This document shows, one piece after another, positions 12,916 through 25,938 of a DNA stretch of 64,000 nucleotides (positions within the stretch are counted from its first letter, which is position 1; each line of letters starts with the position of its first letter). The stretch covers positions 36,734,400 to 36,798,399 of the forward strand of contig JASCQW010000190.1 in the NCBI GenBank assembly GCA_030264375.1. Direction: 5' to 3'. The notes under the pieces are model-generated. The model saw nothing but the letters and a program-made list of their open reading frames with translations, was not told where the DNA came from and searched no databases. The position numbers were made by a program, and so were the translations under genes. This DNA comes from Carcharhinus longimanus. Lineage: Eukaryota.

Positions 12916-15559
12916 AGGCACTGTTGTGGTACAGATGAGCTTCAGACTACTGAAGATGGAATGAGGCCAAGAGAGCTCAGTTTTCCTGCCAATCCTGTAT
13001 TGTACTTTGCATAAGGAATATGTTCTTTCCGCAATGGCTTATGAATGACAGTGGAACTTGAACGTTAGGAGATAGACAAGGGCCCAATTATCTCTTTGAT
13101 AACATTAAAAAGATTTCCAAAAAGTACTGCCTGATTAATGAACTTACTTAAATAAAGTCATGGGCAAGAATTTCATGGAGGCAGGAAGACTCCCAGACCA
13201 TTAAAAATGGTGGAAAGCACCCAGATATGGAAGTCTCGTCCCCATTTTTGAAATTTCCCATGTTTGGTGAAGGTGGTGGGGTGTGACGCACAAATGCTAG
13301 AAACCAAAACTCAGTAGGGGATTTGAGTACTGCGTTCAAACAGACCCTATTTTCACTCTTTGCAAGGATCTTAACCTACTGTGTGGGAGTCGACAATTTG
13401 GAGCAGACGTAAAGACTCTTATAGGATGGATAAGGTTTATTTAAGTGTCATGATCTGAAGGTTTTTAAATCTCCCACTCGTTAACATGAAAAACAGGCGG
13501 ACGCCATCAATAAAAGGCAAAAATGCTCCTGCTGAAAAGCTTTGATTGACAGGTCATTTATTGTAGTTTAAAAACAATTGCCATTTACATAGTTTCAATT
13601 AAAAAAAGTTTTCCCTGAAAAAAATTAAAAATAGTGTTCTTTGTTAACATTTCTCCAACAGTCATTACGAATATTGGCTGAGCTTCAAAAGCTACAAATA
13701 TCTCAACAGAGGATTCTGAATTTACAGCTTGATTAACAGATTAATGTGGTTATTAAACATTTAGCTGTATCTCATGTGGGATCTACTTTGAAATCTGTTT
13801 TTATAAGCGATTAACCACTTGAGGAGGTTTAAAATTTTGAATAGGTTTTTGAATGGTAGATTTTTCATTATCAATTGAGAGCTGTGTTAGATTTTCAGAA
13901 GTTAATCTTTTCATCATCACCACATGGTTCCAGAGGTCTGCACATTGTAAATACTGGGCGAGTGGCCACTTATTGCCATGGCCAAATGGGGCATGGGGGA
14001 ATGAATGGGGTCATGAGTTGGCATGGAGGTGGCATGGGGTGAGGGGTGATGGTTTAGAGAGCCTATGAGTTTCTAAAATAGCTGGGACAATTTCCAGAGC
14101 ACTTAGGTGAGCCTTCTAACCAGCTCGCCTCAGCAGTCAGCTGCACTCCCACCTGCCTAGGTCAGCAAGGCCAACTCTATCCCACTCCCAACTCCCCAGG
14201 CTGAAAATTGAATTAAATGGAACTCTTTAAATCGATGTTGGTCTACCAAATCAGGAAATTGCCAAAATCTATCCACCTATTTCAGTAGCAAAAATACTGA
14301 TCCAAGAGTCAACCTTCAGTGTGTTGTGCTAGCTTATCTTAGCTAAGTCATCAATATGGTGTATAAGCAATCTCAACACCTCTGACTGGGCAGCGGAAAG
14401 GTAACTAGGTTCCTACTACATCTGATCATTTTAATGACTTCCCTTTAAAAAGCACATGTGAGTGAGGAAAACATATGACTCATGTTGTTCACCACACTCA
14501 AGTGATCCACAAATATTCACTGTCAGCCTTACCTGTGAGTGAGTACTTAGGTGAGGTCCTGGAATTCTCACTACACCCAATATCTTCAGAAGTGGAGAGG
14601 GGAATTTTGTTTTTAACAATTTCTTGGTACTTTTTAAACTTTATCTTTGCACATAGCAGAGTGGGTGAGAAGCCAAAGCAGTTAAGGGTTCCATGTTTGA
14701 GGTGATTTCATATTCCCCTCCTGATTTGGATTTGGGTCTTTTGCTAGAAGCATTACAATACAATTTCAAGTTCATAAAGTTGAATCTCTTTGCATCATTG
14801 AAAACTGTGCAGTATAAGTAACCTATTAACCTATTCTGTTCTACTAGGAACAGAATAAAAGAGAAATAGGCAAGGAGCTTACATGTGGCTGGCAATGAAA
14901 GGATACTTTTAAAATAGTCTCCCTTATTCAATGCTTATTCCATGCATTTGTTGAGCATGGGTATCTCAATAAAGCATTCACAAGTGCTACCTGTCTGTCA
15001 TTTGTGATAAAATCTGAAACTAGGCTTCCCATCTGTTTAAACTATTTAAAGAATATAGCACACTAAGGCCCACTGCAGTAATTGCTTTTTTGGACTACCT
15101 TGCAAGATGATCCATATCCCTACTTCCTGAAGCTATTAACTCTTTACACAACAGAGTAAAACAAAAATTACATACCTTCAGTGCAGCAAACAATGTGACT
15201 AGCAATTTGGTTCAACCTTTTCTAGGTAAGGTACAATGGTTAACGATACTTTCCCCCGACTCTCAAGTAAGGCAAACTTTTTCCTGCCTTTCTGCAGTCT
15301 GAGCTCCTGTCACAATACTTGTAAACTTGATCTCCTTGGAATCAACAGTGGTGTGGTTTTATAAAATTTAAAAATACAATTTTCAGAGGGATAACTAAGC
15401 AAAAACAAATCTTAGTTTTCAGTAAAACTGGAAAAAATACCTGCTGCAGTGATTGTAGAGATCATGATGAGTCAATATTTTATATATGTTGAATAAAAAA
15501 GGAATAACCAAACATATAAGCTATGTGTACATGTTAAATGTAAGCTACATATGAACTAC

Positions 15560-17005
15560 AATAGTGCTCCAGAACTAGCCATGCCCTTAGAAAAATTTTC
15601 CAGTACAACTACAGCACTGGCATCTACCCAACAATATACAAAATTGTACAGATATATCCTATCCACAAAAGGTAAGACAAACCCAATTTGGCCAATTAAT
15701 GACCATAAGTTCACTCTCAATTAGCAGCAAAGTAATAGAAGTTGTCGTTGACACAGGTATCAAGCAATTCATGCTCAGCAATTACTTATTTTTCTCAGCT
15801 TGGGTTCCACCAGCACCACATGGCTTCAAATCTCATTACAACTTTAGTCCAAACATGGACAACAGAGCTGCATTCCAGAAACAAATTGTTTTGAAATCAA
15901 GGCTGCATTTGATTGATTGTAGCAACAAGAGGCCCTAACAAAATTGAAGACAGTGGGAATTGGGGAGAAACCTTTCACTGAAAAACCAGGGAGTGGCATG
16001 AGGTAAATTGCTCCAATAGTGAGCTGGCAAAGACACAATGGGCTGAACGGCCTCCTTCTGTGCTATAACCATTTTGTGATTCTGGTTGGAGTCATACCTA
16101 GTGCAACGGAAGATGGTAGTTGGAGGCCAATCACTTCAGCCTCAGATCATTTCCTCAGGACCTCCACAGAGTACTGCCCTAGTCTCATCAATTTCCTTAA
16201 TTACCTTCTCTCCAACAAAAGTCAAGAGTGAGGATGATTGCTGATGATTGTACAGTTTTCAACAGTATTCCCAACTCATTAGATTTGGAAGCAGCTGTGC
16301 CCACATGCAGTGTGATCTGCACAGCATCTAGGTCTGGGGTGATAAATGACAAAAAAGCTCATGCCAAATAAATGCCATGCAATGACCAGCTCCAAGAAAA
16401 CAGAAACTAGCTATCCTTGACAGGCAATGGCATTACCATCTTGGAATTCCCCCATTATTGACTCTCTGGAAATTACTATTAACCAGAAATTTAACTGGGC
16501 CAGTCACATAATTACTGTGGCTACAAGAGCAGGTCAGAGACTGGGAATTTTGTAGCAAGTAATTCACCTGCTGACTCCCCAAAATCTGCCCACTATCTAT
16601 AAGGCACAAGTCAGGTGTGTGAGGAATACTCTCTGCTTGCTGGATGAGTGCAGCCCCAACAACGCTTGACGTTCAGCACCATACAGCATAAGAACATAAG
16701 AACATAAGAACATAAGAAATAGGAGCAGGAGTAGGCCATCTGGCCCTTCGAGCCTGCCCCGCCNNNNNNNNNNNNNNNNNNNNNNNNNNNNNNNNNNNNN
16801 NNNNNNNNNNNNNNNNNNNNNNNNNNNNNNNNNNNNNNNNNNNNNNNNNNNNNNNNNNNNNNNCAGTGCACTATGGCTTCAGTGTGTGTCACCCACAAAT
16901 TGCACTGTAGCAACTAGCCAAGGCACCTTCAACAGTAATTTCCAAACCCAAGGTCTCTATCATGCAGAAGAACAAGGGCTGAAGATGCATAAGAACATTA
17001 CCACC
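15560..17005 (+). mobile_element. CR1/L2-group LINE fragment with nested CR1 tails (about 16020-16082 on +, 16687-16763 on -)
   Basis: APELAMPLxKxFQYNYSTGIYP motif and downstream RT sequence. A (CATAAGAA)n tail at 16687-16718 is followed by an N gap. Confidence 0.8.
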
Positions 17006-17656
17006 TGCAAGTTAATGAAGCCTGGCCATCAACATTCATCAATGATACAACCCACTCATGTAAGCATCTTGCCTGTTGAGCGTGGGAAATCCAGTGGCTC
17101 CCCCACGGAACTGAGTTCATCAAATTAAGTAGGTGGGATTAAGTGATTAATTAAGTGATCTTGGGACCAGGCCACAATCAACAGGTCCAGTCAGAGACGA
17201 CCGAGGGGGTTGTCTGACCTGACTGTCTGCCATTCTCATAAAGGCATCATGCATTTGAAGGGTTACAGTTCACCAGGATCTCACACACTAACAGTAGAAC
17301 AGATATCAGCACTGATTATCTGACAGACACTTTATCATCACAATCTTATGTAACATCTTGCACAAGTGGCATCTTCAGACCTTGCTGGGGAGGACTCAAC
17401 ACACACACAGGAAACCCAGGGTGACATTTATATCTAAATGCAGATGGGGAGATTGGAGTTTGGTGAAATTCAGGAGCAGTGCCAGCCCAGTGAAGCTAGC
17501 CAGCTATTAAAGATCTGAAATTGCACAAGTAGAGGCTAGATAGCAGACTCAGAAATTCAGGGGAATGGAGTCTTGCGAAATGAAATGTTAACCTGAGAGG
17601 CATGCAGCTGTTGAGAAAATGTGATGTGGAGCAGTTTTGAAGGAATTCAGCGACTT

Positions 17657-17778
17657 GGACCAGAATTTTCCAGCCGTTAATNNNNNNNNNNNNNNNNNNN
17701 NNNNNNNNNNNNNNNNNNNNNNNNNNNNAATCTTTGTTCACTGCAGCAAGACCAGAGAATGGCTGGAAAATTCCAGCC
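17657..17778. mobile_element. MITE spanning an N gap
   Basis: GAATTTTCCAGCC ... GGCTGGAAAATTC inverted match. Confidence 0.65.
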
Positions 17779-18249
17779 TTAATCTCTCAAAGTGGAAGGA
17801 GTCGCTCATAAGGGAGACACAGTTTCACCAAAGTTGACTGATTCCAGTGTTCAGTGATATCTGGGAGGGCTGCTGAGACAATGTGGTGTGTTTGACCATT
17901 GTTTACCTGTGAATTCACATGTACCTGATATTAACACAGAATTTTAGAATACAAGATGGACATAGTAAATTTTTAAAATCATTTTGCCTTTGTAACTTTT
18001 ATTTTTGTTTATTCAAAACCCATTGTAACTTTATTCTCTTAGCAAGTGTCTTGACTCTCAAACTTTGCCTGCTTGAAACAAGTAGTTATTGTTTTCTGGG
18101 CAGATAGTACCAAATATTTGGGAAACATGTTAAAGATCTTAATAACATTTAACTCATAGGTTAATTTATAACACATGTCTACATATTATGGACTCCTTAG
18201 CCATTGAATAGAAATTGTTTAAATAAACTGTCACTAAAGCAGTGCCAAA

Positions 18250-18558
18250 GTTTATTTAAAGTTTATTATTTATTAGTCACAAGTAAGCTTACACTGATAT
18301 TGTGATGAAGTTACTGTGAAAATTTCCTAGTTGTTACACTCTAGCACCTGTACACTGAGGGAGAATTTAGCGTGGGCAATGCACCTAACCAGCATTCCTT
18401 TCGGACTGTGGAGGGAACCAGAGCGCCCAGAGCAAACCCATGCAGACGGTGAGGGGAACGTACAGGTTCCACACAGATAGTGACCCAAGCCAGAATTCAA
18501 ACCCAGGTCCATGGCACTATAAGGCAGCAGTGCTAATCACTGTGCCATCGTGTCACCC
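18250..18558 (-). mobile_element. HE1/V-SINE-like tRNA-derived SINE, alternative 3' tail
   Basis: The minus strand reads ggcacagtgattagcactgctgcc...ggacctgggtttgaattc (A/B boxes) followed by the V-domain core. Confidence 0.85.
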
Positions 18559-20258
18559 ATTAAAAATTACAATAATAATCCACACCAATATCTTCCAAAG
18601 TGTTTCACAACTTTACAATTTATATCTAAAAACTTGCAACAAGACACTGGCAGCAACCCTTATAGCTCATAAAATAACTATACTAACAACTCCTTCTGAA
18701 TACACAAAAATACACACCTTCTTTCAAATGCTGTATGCTTAAAAAATGACTTTGTGATTTCTAACAAAGAATGTATTGAAGCAAAAGTGCTGAACCACAG
18801 AAAATGTTAGTTTTGAATTTAAAACAAACCTAACAATTGTAGGCTTCTTGTAATTCGAATTTTGGTGCAGAAGTCCTTTTCTAAATCTTAACAAATGAAA
18901 ATCTGAACTGTTATTTCTTTATATTCACTATGAAGTCAGCTTGTCTGACCACTAATTGGCAACAATTCTGTAAATCCACAGGTGCCCCATTCAGGGAATC
19001 AAAATCTGGGAAGTCCTGAGCAAGCATCGGTTGAAAAGCTCTCCATGTCACGGTCCTCCTCCTTCATCAATTCAGATCATGTATTATTCGAATCATCTGC
19101 TACATCAGTGGTGCTTTTCATGTGCAGAAATTGCTGAGGCAACAATGACATTTCACTGCTCTGCAGGTGTTGCTGTGTGCTGCTAGGAACCCCTTAGTGT
19201 AGTTTAACATTGTTCCATGTAGGCACTTTGAACGCAAATACAAAGACTGCACGGCAATCAGAGACCTTATAGGCTACAGAGAGTTAAGGGCAACCAAAAG
19301 GCCACAGCAGGAATGGATGATTAATCCATAATATTTACCTCAATGGCAACTCCAAATCTCTTTAAAAGTCATAAAGCCTGATGCCTCATTACACAGCAAC
19401 GGCTTCAAAACTGTTTTCTAAAACCGCAAAACAATGATCAATAAGTTTTTTTTTAAACAGTGTGAACAAATACACCAAAGGAACTTTCAGCTCGTGTTTA
19501 TCAAACTTAATGATATTATGACCTCTTCACTGTATTTCTCAATACTTCAATTGAACACGCAACAATTCCTTCAATTTCATAACTTAGCGAGTATTATGCA
19601 AGATTTTATTTCACAAAGTATTCCCCCTTTCAGTACCATCACTATAAATAACATTCAGGTTCAGTGGGAGAAGATCAATTGAACATATATTTGCTATCTG
19701 AGCTTTGGCTGCTGCTGTATTACTTCACTTTATAATCAATATTCAACCTCTTAAGTGCATAGCCAAAAGCCCACATCATCATTAGCCCAAGTCAGTGTAG
19801 GTTTATTACACACCTAACAGCATGTTGTAGTCTTCCTCAGCATTACTAATTGCAACAAAAAATTCACACACTCCAGCAGTACTTTCTACTGACACTGCTG
19901 AGGGTACACTATGACTGTCTATTAAATTGTCAGTTATTTATTTTTCCACCTGCTTCATGACAAGGTTTTTTTTTAATCTTCTGTTTGTGCATAGATTTCC
20001 CTGCAGCCACTTGCGATGTCAATTAATAGTCAGTCAACAGAAGATGCATCATGACTGATTTTCCTGAGCCTTCCACTTGCATTCATAAAAAACAGAAACC
20101 AATTGCCCAAGATTTGCCAAGCAGAACAGCTGAGTATTGGCTAAACTTACAACAATGTCTGGAAAGTCAAGACTGTGTTTCTTAAGGTACCAAGATTCCC
20201 AAGTGTCTCTTTTGAATAACACTCATAAACTATTTTATGATTATTTACTACTGATGGT

Positions 20259-20340
20259 GGTCTCACAACACCAGGTTAATGTCCAACAGGTGTATTTGGT
20301 ATCATGAGCTTTCAGAGTGCTGCCCCTTCATCAGGTGAGT
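20259..20340 (-). mobile_element. Penelope-like element terminal fragment with hammerhead-like core
   Basis: The minus strand reads CTGATGAAGGGGCAGCACTCTGAAAGCTCATG...CTGTTGGAC..AACCTGGTGTTGTGAGAC. Confidence 0.75.
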
Positions 20341-20404
20341 TTTGTGTGTACAGGGTGTTTTTACATTTGTTTGGAGAAATATTTATGATATTTATGATTC
20401 AAAA

Positions 20405-22414
20405 TGATTCAAAAAGGAAATGGGGAGGGTGCAAGTATGTTTCCCCTGGGTGATAGATAGGAATAACAAGCCCAGAGAACCAGGGATGACCAAAGATATT
20501 CAGCATACAATGAGAAGGAAAAGAAAGGCTTTTAAAAAGTACAAAGGGAACAAATCAGTGGAGGCATTAGTGAGGTATAGAAAGTTCAGGGTGGAACTTA
20601 AGGAAGCAATTAGGAATGCAAAGAGGGGATATGACAAAGCTCTGGCTGGTAAAAACAGGGAAAAGCCCAAGATATTCTATGTATATCAATGGGAAGAGGA
20701 TAACCAGTGAAAGAGTAGAGCCCATTAGAAACCAAGGGGGGCAATCTGTGATGGAGCCAGAGAACATGAGTAGAGTGTTGAATGAATACTTCACACCCAT
20801 CTTCACCCAAGAGAATGAGACAATGGTATAGAATTCAAGGAGAGAGACTGTGAGGTTCTTGAGCAAATTGACACAGGGAAGGACAAGGTATTGGAGGTGT
20901 TGGCAGTCTTAAAAGTGGATAAATCACCAGGTCCAGATGAATTGTGCCCTTGGCTGCTGTGAGAGGTGAGGGAGGAGACTGCAGGAGATCTGACCCAAGT
21001 TTTTAATTCCTCTCTGACCATGGCAGTGGTGCCAGAGAATTGGAGAACAGCTAATGTGGTTCCACTATTTGAGAAGGGTTGCAGAGATAAATCAGGGAAC
21101 TACAGACCAGTGAGTCTCATGTCAATGGTAGGGAAACTATTAGAGAAATTTCTGAAGGAGAGCATCTATCTCCAATTGGCGAGGCAAAGTTTGATCAGGG
21201 ATAGTCAGCATGGCTTCATCAGAGGTTGGTCATACTGAGCAAATTTTATTGAATTTTTTGAGGAGGTGACCAGGTGTATAGACAAGGGTAGGGCAGACAT
21301 TGTAGTTTATATAGATTTCAGCAAAGTCTTTGACAAGGTCTCACATGGGAGACTTGTAAGGAAGGTAAATTCACATCGGGTACAGGGTAATTTGATAAAG
21401 TGGATTCAAAATTGGCTCAATTGTAGGAGACAAGAGGGTGATGAAAAAGGTTGCTTCAGACTGCAGGCCAGTGTCCAGTGGGGTACCACAGGGATCTGTG
21501 TTGGATCCCCTGTTATTCGTCATTTATGACTATGTCGGGGGTAGAATTCGTAAGTTTGTGGAAGACACAAAGATTGGACAGATGGTTAACAATGAAGTAG
21601 AGTAGAAGATATAGACGGAATGGTCAAATGGGCAGATAAGTGGTAAATGGAATTTAACCCTGAAAAGTGTGACATGATGCACTTTGGAAGAAGTAATTTA
21701 ACAAGAAACTACTCAATGAATGGTAGGACATTAGGAAGTTCTGTGGAACAAAACTTGTTTATCCACAGATCCCTGAAAGCAGAAGGGCATGTTAGTAGGG
21801 TGGTCAAAAAGGCATATAGGACCCTTGCCTTTATCAATCGAAGCACTGATTACAAAATCAGGGAAGTCATGAGTACTGTGCACAGTTCTGGTCACCACAT
21901 TATCGAAAGGATGTGATTGCACTGCAGGCAGTGCAGGGGAGATTTACCAGGATGCTGCCTGAGATGAAACATCTAAGTTATAAAGAGAGCTTGCATAGGC
22001 TTGAGTTGTTTTCGTTGGAGCAGAGAAGACTGAGTGGCAACCTGGTCAAGGTGTACAAGATTATGAGAGACATGGACGGAATGGATAAGGAGCAACTGTT
22101 CCCCTTAACTGAAGAGTCAGTCACAAGAGGAGATAGGTTCAAGATGAGGGCTGGAGGTTTAGGCAGAATGTGAGGAAAAGCTTTTTTACCCAGAGAGCAG
22201 TGACAGTCTGGAATACGCTGCCTGGAAGAGTGGTGGAGGTGGGTTGCCTCACACTCTTTAAAAAATATCTAGATGAGCAATTGGCACATCATCACATTCA
22301 GGGCTATGGGGCAAGTGCTAGCAGATGAAATTAGATGGGAGTTAGGATGTTTCTAACATGCCAATGCAGACTCGATGGGCCGAAGGGCCTCCTCTGTGCA
22401 GTATAATTCTATGA
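20405..22414 (+). mobile_element. 5'-truncated CR1-clade LINE (HER1-like) ORF2 reverse transcriptase with 3' tail, frameshifted
   Basis: Motifs KSPGPD, VPENWRTANVVPLFEKG..GNYRPVSL, SQHGF, VYIDFSKVFDKVSH, GVPQGSVLG-like, MEFNPEKC and LFSLEQRRL. It ends in ...gatgggccgaagggcctcctctgtgcagtataattctatgat. Confidence 0.93.
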
Positions 22415-22993
22415 TTTACAGTAGAAGCCAAGATTTTCTGGCAAATGAAAAGCAGGGGAAAACAATCCACTAAAATATGGCAAAATGTTATTTCTAAACA
22501 TTGTTGATTAATCTAAATGTTACTGCCAGTGTGTTAGAGCAGCATTTTAGTGCTGTGAATAAAATGCCCGCAATCTTTTTACCACTTTGAAGAGTAAAAT
22601 TTTCATGATGTCTTCCTCATTGATTTCCAGTTGCAATGATTGTTTGACAACTATCAAATCCAAAATACAAATTACAGAAGATTATTTTAAATGCTTATTA
22701 TTCAGGTCCTGCCCAATTCAAACAATCTGATACTGATTTAACTATAGACCGATAGTTTTGACCCAGGTGGAGAAGAAAAGGTGATACATCTTGGAGGCTG
22801 GTAGTGCCTGACCAATTAATATGCAAAGCAACGTGTGGGTGTCAAAGATGCAGGACTGTGTTGGCACTACAGGGTACAAATAAGTAGTGAATTTGAGACT
22901 CTTTTTTCTGCTTGCATAATGAAAGAATAATCTTTATAGTTCTTGCAGTGTTACTTATTGGCTCAGTAAGGTGCTGGATAGAATGAAGGAAGA

Positions 22994-23107
22994 AATAACA
23001 TTGGCATGGTGTTTATCAGAGAGAATAGTATTATCGTACTCAAAGCATTAGAACAAGGACAGTGAAGAGAATTCTAGTCAGAAGTATGGAAAGAACATTG
23101 TGAAGTC
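22994..23107 (+). pseudogene. SNRPG: Second, 3'-only SNRPG fragment (Sm2 motif, stop and start of the 3' UTR)
   Basis: 22994-23065 reads NNIGMVFIRENSIIVLKALEQGQ*. The following ~40 nt resemble the sequence after the stop of the 23349 copy. Confidence 0.8.
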
Positions 23108-23173
23108 AACACACATACCTGAGTTAGAGAAATTTTACCACTTTGGGTGGCCTTAAGATCAAATACGGACAGA

Positions 23174-23309
23174 GGCAGGAATTCTCCGGTTTCGCACATC
23201 CTATTGCCATTACCAGCAAGAACGAAGAATTTGGCTCACAGCCAAATCTCTCTTCACTACAATGGGACTGGAAAATTCCAGCTGCAGGCGAGGTCGGAGG
23301 ATTCTGGCC
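23174..23309. mobile_element. MITE with TIRs and 3-bp TSD AGA
   Basis: GGCAGGAATTCTCC ... GGAGGATTCTGGCC, flanked by aga on both sides. Confidence 0.7.
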
Positions 23310-23348
23310 AGAGAAAGAGAGAAAAAGCAAAGCCGCCAACCCAGAAAG

Positions 23349-23531
23349 ATGACCAAAGCTCTTATGTCTGAGCTTGAGAAGTCACTGGGCAAGAAACAGT
23401 CATTCAAACTGTTCCCCTTCATGAATCTTGCCCTGGATGAATCTGTCGAGATTGTAGCAAATAACATGGGCGTGGTGGTTATCAGAGAGAACAGAAATAT
23501 CATGCCAGAAATGTTAGAAAGAATATACTGA
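23349..23531 (+). pseudogene. SNRPG: Processed pseudogene of snRNP polypeptide G (Sm G), internally deleted
   Basis: MTKALMSELEKSLGKKQSFKL-FPFMNLALDESVEIVANNMGVVVIRENRNIMPEMLERIY* aligns to Sm G ([21 protein letters not shown]...FDPFMNLVIDECVEM...[22 protein letters not shown]). It is intronless and lacks the NGGRHVQGILRG segment. A possible A-tail remnant is at about 23693-23698. Confidence 0.85.
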
Positions 23532-25737
23532 AGACAGCTGTAGTCCTGAAACATAGAAGGAACATTCTGAAGCCTAGAATGTTTGTCCTTTCGCAAGATG
23601 GCAATTGGTTCATTTGTTAATGAAGTGCAACCTGCCATTTTTGTGAACATGTTATTATTTGTACTTTTGAGACCTAAATACACTTCTGCGTGAAAAAAGA
23701 CTAATGGCACCCCCTACAAAACAACAGTATTGCTTAATAGTTTGCGACAATTTAAAAACTGAGTACACATGCCTTGAATTCACTATTTCATATAGCATGC
23801 TCTGAACATCTCCAGTAAGTTAGAACTATGGATAGTCTTTGCAGGTTTTTTATTCTCATTGAATAAGCAATTGTTCTACTTTAAAAATAAAATGGCGTTG
23901 GTCTGTCAAGTTCATCAACTTCCACAGAGAAGAACATATAGAGTGCCGTTATGTGAAGAAAACTGAGTGTGCGGCTTAGATCCTTGAGAACTATGTTTGT
24001 AATCTTAAACATCCTTGGCAGGGAGAGTCACCAAACAAAAAATAGGTCTTTCCCCATATAAGGCAAGAGTCATCCTAGGTCAAGTACCTGCATATTTCAT
24101 CGTGGTCAGCTTCATAATCGAAACATGGAAGTCTGGGAGCAGGCCACTCATCCACCCACTTTATTCTATTATGCTGAGATAAAGGAGAAAAATCAAGGAA
24201 TGGGTTGTGGTATTGTGGGGAATGGGGAATGATAAAACAGAAACAATAAGATTTGAGGCAAGATTTTCTGGCCATGCTTGCCCTAAGGCTGGAAATTCCC
24301 ACCCAAGGTCAAACTGGCAGGTGGGACAGGGAAATTCTGACCTTGGAGTCTTATCAAAAATGGTAAATAACTCTAGTGTTTCAACAATTGAATCAAACCT
24401 CCACAAGCACTCCAAACAAGCTGATGCACCCCAATTCCATCTCCCTAAAGGATATAAGAATAGAATGGATATCACAAACCTCAAATGTAGGAAGCTTTCT
24501 TTCTCCAAATGAAGAGAGTATAAGCTAAACCCAAAAAACAGATTGCAGAAGTTCACATTGCAAAACAAACATGTGGAAATCAGGATGGGTAATGTGGCTC
24601 CAAGACTTTGCAGATTACAAAATTGGTTAACACATCTTTTTATATATCATCCATAACTACCACCATTCCCAATGCAGATTCAATGAAAGTTGCGATCCAT
24701 TTATGAGCATAATCGTAAGTTATTTGATAAATCTTTCACGCAGATGTTTGCCAGATGTTTAGTGAGGAAATGTTGGCCTAAAGTCTGAGTGCTTATGCCT
24801 GAGGTGATAAGGTTAAAGGTATTTTTGCATTAATTTGCCAGTGATAAGATACACATATATGTCTGCAATTTAGTTTTACTGAAATTGTGCACTGACAACT
24901 TTATTATATCGGTCCTTTTATAAAGCAATGAAGTAAAAAAATTGCAAGCACAACAAATCATCCAAGATTTCTGCACCTGATAGCTAGCCAGTATTCCAGT
25001 TTGAAACTGTAATATGTGCTTCAGAATAAATTTGGCCTTGGATCTAATGTCCTCATTGTCAAAAGACTCAACAATATTCAGTACTTGCAGTCACACATCA
25101 AAATACTGAGCATGGCAGGGAAACATACAATAGCATCCAAGCATGAAACTACACCTTCAGGTGACAAAGGCAAAAAGCTGTTGGGGTAAAAAACAGAAGG
25201 GTGACAACAGAGCAGAATACCATTAACATACAGTGACCTGGGGCCAGATTTTCACAGAGAAGGTGGCTAGATAGAGTCAGGAAACTCCCCGACTTGGCAA
25301 TCTCCTCTCCTTCAAAACAGCCTCCCCGCACCATATTTTCATTTTGGAAAAGCAGAGACAGGGTGGGTTCAGGCCTCCTACTTCCAGCGGCGCAGGTGCA
25401 TGGTCAGGCAGACAGATTAGAGTACTCACCTCTATTTACTGGGACACTGACCTAGTGTTAAGAATGAACGTCAGCCTCCTCCTCCCTGTCGGCATAACCC
25501 CACACATTTACCTCACTAATTACCCCAACCAACACATCTTGAGACGCTAAGGGGTAATTAAGCATGCCAATCCATCTAACCTACACATATTTGTGGCTGT
25601 GGAGTATACACTGAGGCATAGAAATGGCATTCATCCACCTCACCTATCCTCTATGTTTCCATACTTCCCATGTCACCTCCAAGTCCTTGACACACCAATG
25701 CCACTTCTATGCCCCCAGTGTATCCTCCATAGCCATA

Positions 25738-25938
25738 AAGATGTGCAGGTTAGATAAATTGACATGATAAATTGCCCCTTAGTGTCCTCAGATGTGTAGG
25801 TTGGGGAATTAGTGGGACAAATGCATGGGGTTTTGCGGGTAGGGAGGAGAATGGGCCTAGATAGGATCATCTGTCCGAGAATCAGTGCAGACTCAATGAG
25901 ACGTATGGCCTCCTTCTGCACTGAAGGGATTCTATGAT
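25738..25938 (+). mobile_element. HE1-like SINE 3' half
   Basis: aaagatgtgcaggttag...gtgcagactcaatgag...ttctgcactgaagggattctatgatt. Confidence 0.8.

Noticed and set aside
13540-13556. Overlapping TCF site, TGATTGACAG (PBX-MEIS/PREP) and AGGTCA motif
   Set aside because: It appears to lie within a repeat (about 13161-14300, with similarity to about 32130-32560), so I cannot separate it from TE-borne sequence without an alignment.
23210-23710. 166-aa minus-strand ORF
   Set aside because: Antisense to the SNRPG pseudogene and running into a MITE, with no domain.
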